A DNA stretch of 64,000 nucleotides, taken from an uncultured Chloroflexia bacterium. Lineage in GTDB: Bacteria; Chloroflexota; Limnocylindria; Limnocylindrales; CSP1-4. Each line of letters starts with the position of its first letter. Position 1 is the stretch's first letter. Location: the NCBI GenBank assembly GCA_963820735.1, contig CAWGBA010000002.1, positions 283,646-347,645 of the forward strand, given 5' to 3'. The notes beneath the pieces are model-generated. The model ran no database searches and was not told the origin of the DNA. It was given only the letters and a program-made list of their open reading frames with translations. The position numbers were made by a program, and so were the translations under genes. Of this stretch, positions 58,589 through 64,000 are shown piece after piece.

Positions 58589-59584
58589 GTGCCGCATCGC
58601 CGTGTCCGTCAGGCGATCTCGTTTGTCGAGTTGCGGGAAACCTCCGAACGCCGCGCCCTTCGCCGCCGACGCGTTCGGGCGGCAGGGATCGCCGGAGGCG
58701 CACTCGGCGCCGTTTTCGCCGTCGCCGTCGCCGTCTCCGTGCTCGGCAGCATCCATGGTGCGAGCGCCGAGAACGAAGGCAACGGGATCTCCGCGCTGAG
58801 CACGAACAATCCGCACGTCGGCCTCGTCCAGCACGAGCAGCCGAAACCCACGCCAACGCAACGGCCTGACTCGGGATTCGAAGGGTCGACGCTCCTCGGC
58901 GACGCACAGGCAGGAACTGCCGGCGGAGCGGCCAGGCCGACCAGTCTCGAGCCCGAGCAGCTGACGGGCTACAAGTGGCCGCTGCGCGGCGCTCGCGTCA
59001 CGAGCTTCTTCGAGCCACGAGACGACGGCACGCTGGTGATCGACGGCAAGCGAGTCCACGAGGGTCTCGACCTGGCGACGTTCTGCGGCGACACGATCCG
59101 AGCGGCGCACGCCGGCACCGTCGTTGCGACGGGACGCCGATTCGACGGGGAGATGGGCTTCGACGGCTCGCTGGACGCCTTCTATCGCACGATGAAGGAC
59201 AAGATGTACGAGCTGCCGATCGTCGTGATCATCGACGACGGCAACGGCTACCGGTCGATCTACGCGCATCTCGGATTGGCGACCGTGAAGGTCGGCGACC
59301 AGGTCAAGGCCGGCGACCAGCTCGGGTTCGAAGGCGCCTCGGGCAATGCCTCGGGTTGTCACCTGCACTACGAGCTGTTCCGGACCGATGGACCGTGGAT
59401 GCAGCTCGCACCCGAACTGGTGCAGCAGTTCCACTATCCGCCGCAGGAACGGGAGCGCATCGATCCGTTCCGTGTTCTGCACATGGATCAGCCAGGGCAC
59501 CCGCGCTTCATGCCCGGCGTCGACCCGCCTGCGGTTTCACCCGGTTTGGGCCGTCCGACGGTGACCCGCAAGGGTTCGCACTGA
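58589..59584 (+). CDS. M23 family metallopeptidase (LytM/lysostaphin-type), secreted
   Basis: HEGLDLA, GNGYRSIYAHL, CHLHYELF (HxxxD / HxH motifs). Signal anchor RRRRVRAAGIAGGALGAVFAVAVA. Start GTG 58589 or TTG 58631. The ORF's first ATG at 58439 lies inside the SOS box. Confidence 0.65.
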   Translation: MPHRRVRQAISFVELRETSERRALRRRRVRAAGIAGGALGAVFAVAVAVSVLGSIHGASAENEGNGISALSTNNPHVGLVQHEQPKPTPTQRPDSGFEGSTLLGDAQAGTAGGAARPTSLEPEQLTGYKWPLRGARVTSFFEPRDDGTLVIDGKRVHEGLDLATFCGDTIRAAHAGTVVATGRRFDGEMGFDGSLDAFYRTMKDKMYELPIVVIIDDGNGYRSIYAHLGLATVKVGDQVKAGDQLGFEGASGNASGCHLHYELFRTDGPWMQLAPELVQQFHYPPQERERIDPFRVLHMDQPGHPRFMPGVDPPAVSPGLGRPTVTRKGSH

Positions 59585-59658
59585 GGGACGCGAGCAGGCC
59601 GGCCGGGAGCCTCGGCTCGATCGGTATCCTTTCGCACGTGGGACCTTCCCGGGCACAG

Positions 59659-59757
59659 ATGCTGGCCACGGCCGTGCTGTTCATCGTGCTCGTCAGCCTC
59701 GTCGTGATGATCGTGGTGTCGGCGATTCCTCCGGGCGGCCCCCCGACGCTCAAGTAG
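59659..59757 (+). CDS. Possible 32-aa single-TM hydrophobic peptide MLATAVLFIVLVSLVVMIVVSAIPPGGPPTLK
   Basis: ATG to TAG, directly downstream of the M23 gene. No clear SD. Very hydrophobic. Low confidence. Confidence 0.2.
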   Translation: MLATAVLFIVLVSLVVMIVVSAIPPGGPPTLK

Positions 59758-59943
59758 CCCGGTCGGCGCACGCGACGGACCTGATCAGGGTCGAAATCGG
59801 CGGGAATTCGTTTGCATTCCGCGTCACAGCCTTTCGACCTTGATCGTCGTGGGGGTGTCAGGCGTCAGCTCCGGCGTCGGACAGCCGTACTCGGCGTCTT
59901 CCAGCCTGGTTACTCCTCTCCAGGCCGGACGACCTCCTCCGAA

Positions 59944-59970
59944 CTCGACCCCGGTCTCCCCCGGGGTCGA
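59944..59970. terminator. Perfect 11-bp stem / 5-nt loop hairpin CTCGACCCCGG-TCTCC-CCGGGGTCGAG between convergent genes
   Basis: Read directly. A second 11-bp inverted repeat (CGCTCACGCAC...GTGCGTGAGCG) follows at about 60020-60060. Confidence 0.45.
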
Positions 59971-60109
59971 GTCGTGTCGAGTTCGTTTGACGCCCAGGCG
60001 GCGTTGGCGCCGGCAGCCCGGCGCTCACGCACAGCGAGTGCGCTCGTCGGTGCGTGAGCGAGCGCGCGCAGCGCCATCGCCGGGACGGCATCGCAACGAA
60101 GCGCCGAGC

Positions 60110-60358
60110 TCAGTCGTACAGGCGCTCGAGATGCCAGGTGCCGTCGACACCATCGAGATAGACGAGCGCCAGGAGCCGAGCGCCGACCACCTTGTAGTAG
60201 TCGCGCAGCAGCGGACGGCGCCACCAGGCTTCCTCGATGCGCCAGTGGTTGCAGACCTCGACCGGTTCGTGGATGCCCGGCCAGCGCAGGACGACGGGCC
60301 GGCCGAGCGGATCGAGCTCGACGTCGATCGTGGGATGCTGGCCGAGCAGCCTGGTCAC
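60110..60358 (-). CDS. 82-aa ORF translationally coupled to imuB (GTGA overlap). Either an ImuB C-terminal domain split off by a frameshift or a small mutasome accessory protein.
   Basis: VTRLLGQHPTIDVELDPLGRPVVLRWPGIHEPVEVCNHWRIEEAWWRRPLLRDYYKVVGARLLALVYLDGVDGTWHLERLYD. Protein-like composition in a frame where the rest of the long ORF 60110..61543 is Arg-rich garbage. Confidence 0.5.
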   Translation of the reverse strand: MTRLLGQHPTIDVELDPLGRPVVLRWPGIHEPVEVCNHWRIEEAWWRRPLLRDYYKVVGARLLALVYLDGVDGTWHLERLYD

Positions 60359-61665
60359 GCGGTCACGCTCGAAAGATCGCCCGCCGGTCGCCAGGAGAAG
60401 CGTTCCTCGGCGAGCAGCGATTCGGGATCGCCGATCTGGGCCATCAGCACGCGGTCCTGGCCGAAGCGGATCTGGAGACTCGCCAGCTGCCAGTCGAGGC
60501 GTGCCGCGCGCTCGACCTGTGGCGTGAAGAGGCCGAGCTGCTGTCCAGCGGCGGGTCCGGTCCCGTCCAGCTCCAGGGAAAGCCGCTCGACCGGATGGCG
60601 TGGCGGGTCCGCTTCGAGGCGTGCCATCAGGAGGCGCTCCAGCAATCCGGCAACCGCCACCGGCTCGGGCAGCGACTGCTCGTAGCGGACGGGGGCGGCA
60701 CGCTCGAGCGCCAGCGTGAGGGTGGCGCGGCCCGCTCCCGCGCCGCGCGCCGCGAGCTGGTCGCAGAGTGCTCCACACACGTTGTGCAGCACGAACCGGA
60801 GCGGCTCGAGCTCCTCGACCGGCGGATCGAGCTCGGCATCGGCGCGCAGTCGCTCGATGGGCCGGCGCGGACGCAGCGGACGACCGTCCATCCCGCGTGC
60901 CAGGTCCAGCATTTCTCCGCCGCTGCTCCCGAAGCGCGCCAGCACCGCCGACCGATCGAGTGCCGCGAACTGCCCGATGGTGGTCAGGCCGAAGAGCCGG
61001 AACCGCTCCCGCGTCTCGGCATCGGCAGGCAGCAGGCCGATCGAGAGTGGCGCAAGGAAGGCGGCCTCCGCCGCCGCATCGCCGATGGGAATCGCAAGCG
61101 ACGCCGCAAGCGACGGACGCAGCCCGGCGGAACACCGGGACGCGACCGCTTCGGGCGCAGCAGGCCCCTGGCCTGCGGAGGGAACATTGATGACCGCGGC
61201 GACCTGCGCGCCGAATCGCGTGTTGCCGATCCCGACGCGGGGTCTGCCGGGTAGCAACTCCGCAACGGCCGCGACGGCGCGCTCGGCCAGGATCGGTTCG
61301 TCCCCCCATAGCCGCGACAAGCCCTCGATCCCCAGGAAGGCCTGCCCGAACGCCACGGAACGAGGATCCGTCTCTCCCTCCAGCGCGGGCGTGAAGTGCG
61401 CGAGCCGATCGAGCGCGGCCTCGAAGTCCGTCGCATACGTGTCCGGATCGGCTGGCAGGAAGACCGCCTCGGGAACGAGGTTGTGCGCCGAGCCGAGCGC
61501 CTGGCCGCGGCTCACCCCGAGTCTGGCTGCCGCGGAACTGCAATCGAGCACGGTCCCCGGTTCCCAGGGATGCCCACCGAGCACGACGAGCTCGTCATGG
61601 AGGTCGCGACGTCCCAGCTCCAGGCGGAGCGGCAGATGTGGCCAATCGAGATAGAGCAATCGCAT
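60355..61665 (-). CDS. imuB: ImuB, the Y-family-polymerase-like mutasome subunit
   Basis: N-terminus MRLLYLDWPHLPLRLE with a DinB-like fold lacking catalytic acidic residues. 436 aa. Between imuA' and dnaE2. Confidence 0.8.
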   Translation of the reverse strand: MRLLYLDWPHLPLRLELGRRDLHDELVVLGGHPWEPGTVLDCSSAAARLGVSRGQALGSAHNLVPEAVFLPADPDTYATDFEAALDRLAHFTPALEGETDPRSVAFGQAFLGIEGLSRLWGDEPILAERAVAAVAELLPGRPRVGIGNTRFGAQVAAVINVPSAGQGPAAPEAVASRCSAGLRPSLAASLAIPIGDAAAEAAFLAPLSIGLLPADAETRERFRLFGLTTIGQFAALDRSAVLARFGSSGGEMLDLARGMDGRPLRPRRPIERLRADAELDPPVEELEPLRFVLHNVCGALCDQLAARGAGAGRATLTLALERAAPVRYEQSLPEPVAVAGLLERLLMARLEADPPRHPVERLSLELDGTGPAAGQQLGLFTPQVERAARLDWQLASLQIRFGQDRVLMAQIGDPESLLAEERFSWRPAGDLSSVTA

Positions 61666-61701
61666 GGGGCTCGTCCGTGCCTGCCTTGAAATTCGATGAC
61701 G

Positions 61702-62643
61702 TCAGCCGACCGAGGGCTCCGCGAACCGGTGCGCGCCCATCGAGCGGTCTCCCCCGTCGGTGTAGTGGATGTCCAGGCTGACCTGTCGACCCGGTGGTCC
61801 GAAGCGGTTCTTCACGATCGTCACGTGGGTTCGCTGGCCGACCACGTCCCGGCCGAGCCGCAGCCAGCCGGTGCGGTCGAGCTCGAGGCGGACACCGGTC
61901 GATTCGGCGACCGATCCGCTACCGCCGAGCGAGGAGGGCTCCAGCACGATGAGACGGCAGCCGGTGCGCTGCCCACGCGCGGCGAGCCGTCGCACCTGAT
62001 CCTCCGACTGCTCCGAGAGGCGTGACGGCAGATCCACGACCACGAGATCGACGGCCTGGCCGCCGATGAGCGAGCCGCAGATCGTGAATCCCTCGGCGAT
62101 GTCCCGCGGGCGGATGACCAGCAGCCAGCGAAGATCGACACCGCGGGCGGCCGCGTCCAACGGGTCGAAGGCACGGCCGAGGTCGAGCCACGCGCAGATG
62201 GCGCCCGCGGCCTGCGCTTCGGCAACGCAGCGCAGCGCCAACGTGGTCTTGCCGCTCGACAGGTCACCTCGAAACGCCGCGCTGGCAAACCGTGGCAGTC
62301 CCTCCCCGAGTGCGGCGTCCAGTGCCGCGAACCCAGTCGAGACGAATTCCCGGCCGACAGGCGCGAGCGGTTCCGGAGCAGGGATGGGCGGCGGTTCAGC
62401 GAGCGGCGCAAGCGCGAGCGCGCCGGACGTCAGCGGCCCTTCGTCTGACGTGCCCGTCGACCGATGACTGCCCGATCCCGTGTGACTGCCCGATCCCGTG
62501 GCAATGCGGACCTCCGCGCCGGTCTCCCGGACAGTGGCGAGATCACCATTTCCGAGGCGAATGGCGGCGGTTCCCCAGCGGCCCTGGAGGCGGGCGAGCG
62601 CGCTGGAAAGTGATTCGGTGGCCGTCTGCATGGCCTCGTCCAT
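61702..62643 (-). CDS. imuA: ImuA' (RecA/SulA-fold mutasome component)
   Basis: GFAALDAALGEGLPRFASAAFRGDLSSGKTTLALRCVAEAQAAG is the RecA-like P-loop region typical of ImuA'. 313 aa. SOS box 3 bp upstream of the start. Confidence 0.75.
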   Translation of the reverse strand: MDEAMQTATESLSSALARLQGRWGTAAIRLGNGDLATVRETGAEVRIATGSGSHTGSGSHRSTGTSDEGPLTSGALALAPLAEPPPIPAPEPLAPVGREFVSTGFAALDAALGEGLPRFASAAFRGDLSSGKTTLALRCVAEAQAAGAICAWLDLGRAFDPLDAAARGVDLRWLLVIRPRDIAEGFTICGSLIGGQAVDLVVVDLPSRLSEQSEDQVRRLAARGQRTGCRLIVLEPSSLGGSGSVAESTGVRLELDRTGWLRLGRDVVGQRTHVTIVKNRFGPPGRQVSLDIHYTDGGDRSMGAHRFAEPSVG

Positions 62644-62645
62644 GC

Positions 62646-62661
62646 TAGAACAGATGTTCTA
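62646..62661. promoter_or_regulatory. LexA (SOS) box TAGAACAGATGTTCTA upstream of imuA'-imuB
   Basis: Second copy of the CTAGAAC-N4-GTTCTATTT motif seen upstream of dnaE2. Confidence 0.6.
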
Positions 62662-62969
62662 TTTGTCAAGGCAGATATCCACGAAAATCGAGCGCCGCTG
62701 CTCCCGGCCCGTTGCCTTCTCGACCGCCGCCGTAGTCCTGCACTGGAGACGTCAAACGACCAGACACCGGCACCGGGGGATCGACTTCCCGGGCTGAAAA
62801 CAGCCCGTTCTGGTCGACCGCCATCAGCCCCGCTGCCACTGGACCAAAATCCAGGCTCCGGAGGGCGCCTGCGTCCGGCCTGACGGTGGTTTGACGTCTG
62901 TGTTGCAAGGTCCCGCGAGCCCTCCAAGGGGCCCGCGTCCCAGGGACAGGGCCGGTCCCCGGCCCGTCC

Positions 62970-63730
62970 TCAAGCGGCTGCCGGCAGCGGCTCCTCCTCT
63001 TCGCCCTCGGCACGCTCGCGGATTCCCAGCAACTGCCGCCGGGTCATCGCGAAGACGCCCAGGCCAAGGACCGGCATGGCGGCCTTCTGCACGACTCCGG
63101 CCGACGGCGCATGCACGCGGAAGCGCTCGATCAGGCGGGTGTGGCTCTCGTCGACCGGCTCGAGCACGAATGCCCATGATCCGCGGAAGCCAGGCATCGC
63201 CAGGTCGCTGAGCTTGCCGGTTGCCTCGAGGCTCCGCGGCGTCGTGGGACGCGTTCGGCGGTCTCGCCTTCGCCTTCCGCGCTCGCCTCGGTGCCCTGCA
63301 TCAGCTCGGGGTCGAGCGACAACACCAGGTGATGTGCAGGCTCAAGCGACTCGACACGGAAGCCACCTCCCGGATGGGTCGGAACCACGTCGCCGACCTC
63401 GAGGTGCTGCAGCTCCGGGACGATCCGGTGGCTGCTTTCTCCTTCGTTGTCGAGGCGGTCGTAGCTGTACCAGCCACCACGGCCGTAGCCCATCTGGACC
63501 AGCCACGGCCAGATGCGCTCCACCGGTGCCGCGATGGTGATGCCGCGCGTGTCGACCACCGTCGGATCGGCGATCACGTCATCGCCGGGTAGCGTCTTGG
63601 CGGTTTCGTCGGGGTCGATCCCCCAGCTCCGCTGCCTCGGACGAACTGCCGCCATGTAGACCGTGACGAGGGTCGCGATCACGGACAGCAGCAGCGATAG
63701 CAGGGTGAGCAGGAGCGCTCGTCTCAACAT
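62970..63730 (-). pseudogene. SRPBCC (START/Bet v1-like, polyketide-cyclase-like) family protein, frameshifted
   Basis: N-terminus MLRRALLLTLLSLLLSVIA (ATG 63728-63730, RBS GGAGGTGACCAC). Body WPWLVQMGYGRGGWYSYDRL. C-terminus 62970..63197. Confidence 0.55.
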
Positions 63731-63889
63731 GTGGTCACCTCCGGAGAACGGGGACGCGATCGCGCGCCAGGCACCCCGAAGCGTGGCCGCCCACTCGCTT
63801 GCGGAGGCGTGCCGATCGGCTGGAATCGAGGGAGCCACAGGTATACTTCGGGGGCTCGTCGGCGCCACGCGTGGCTGCTGCGATCGCCT

Positions 63890-63965
63890 GGGGATGTAGC
63901 TCAGCTGGGAGAGCACCGCGTTCGCATCGCGGGGGTCAGGGGTTCGAGTCCCCTCATCTCCACCA
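63890..63965 (+). tRNA. tRNA-Ala (anticodon CGC)
   Basis: A cloverleaf folded by hand. Acceptor GGGGATG / CATCTCC, D-arm GCTCAGCTGGGAGAGC, anticodon stem CCGCG / CGCGG with loop TTCGCAT, T-arm AGGGGTTCGAGTCCCCT, discriminator A, CCA encoded. Confidence 0.85.
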
Positions 63966-64000
63966 CTTTCCCGATCGGCACCCGTGTGCTTTGTCGTGCC

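Noticed and set aside
60110-61543. 477-aa minus-strand ORF
   Set aside because: Mostly an Arg-rich alternative frame of imuB. Only the last 82 codons are protein-like, and those are reported separately.
63890-64000. tRNA-Ala as an integration site for a mobile element
   Set aside because: No integrase, phage or transposase genes within the window on either side. Sequence beyond 64000 is not available.

Overview
This is a high-GC (about 70%) chromosomal window that looks like a Gram-positive type genome (Actinomycetota or Chloroflexota). It is almost entirely genes of recognisable function. I found no CRISPR array, transposase, integrase or prophage in it.

Gene content, 5' to 3':
- A YcaQ-like winged-helix gene.
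- Two ABC-2 exporter modules on the minus strand, with a TetR gene at the 3' end and a divergent Rrf2 regulator. A 50-bp tandem repeat sits in the shared promoter region.
- A xylose-type utilisation cluster: ROK regulator, substrate-binding protein, permease, ATPase, xylA, and a second substrate-binding protein paralog.
- A Gfo/Idh/MocA oxidoreductase.
- An orphan RnfD/NqrB-like membrane protein.
- An AhpD-like protein followed by a CRTAC1/ASPIC-UnbV protein.
- A sulfate ABC importer (cysA, cysW, cysT) with two tandem sulfate-binding paralogs.
- A cupin.
- hrcA, grpE and dnaK with a perfect CIRCE operator.
- Two M15 D-Ala-D-Ala carboxypeptidase paralogs.
- A large DUF4328 protein.
- hemW, a CPBP protease and lepA.
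- A DinB_2 protein and a flavodoxin.
- rpsT (S20) carrying a long Lys/Ala/Thr-rich tail.
- eno, pgk, gap and a ROK glucokinase.
- A small zinc-ribbon protein and a nucleoside phosphorylase.
- A roughly 1,040-aa surface protein: Lamin-Tail-Domain followed by four OB-folds and a C-terminal TM anchor, with no nuclease domain.
- An SOS mutagenesis island: dnaE2, an M23 peptidase, imuB with a translationally coupled small ORF, and imuA'. Near-identical LexA-type boxes (CTAGAAC-N4-GTTCTATTT) precede dnaE2 and imuA'.
- An SRPBCC protein and tRNA-Ala(CGC).

Interpretation caveat. Many genes, including essential single-copy ones (dnaK, grpE, hrcA, eno, pgk, gap), are broken by frameshifts every few hundred bp. 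Each fragment still translates to well-conserved protein. That pattern indicates indel errors in the sequence rather than real pseudogenes. I give full gene spans and flag the frameshifts.

The most interesting candidates are:
- the SOS mutasome island with its coupled small ORF and a dnaE2 carrying a roughly 250-aa insertion;
- the LTD/OB-fold surface protein;
- the orphan RnfD-like membrane protein;
- the histone-tailed S20.
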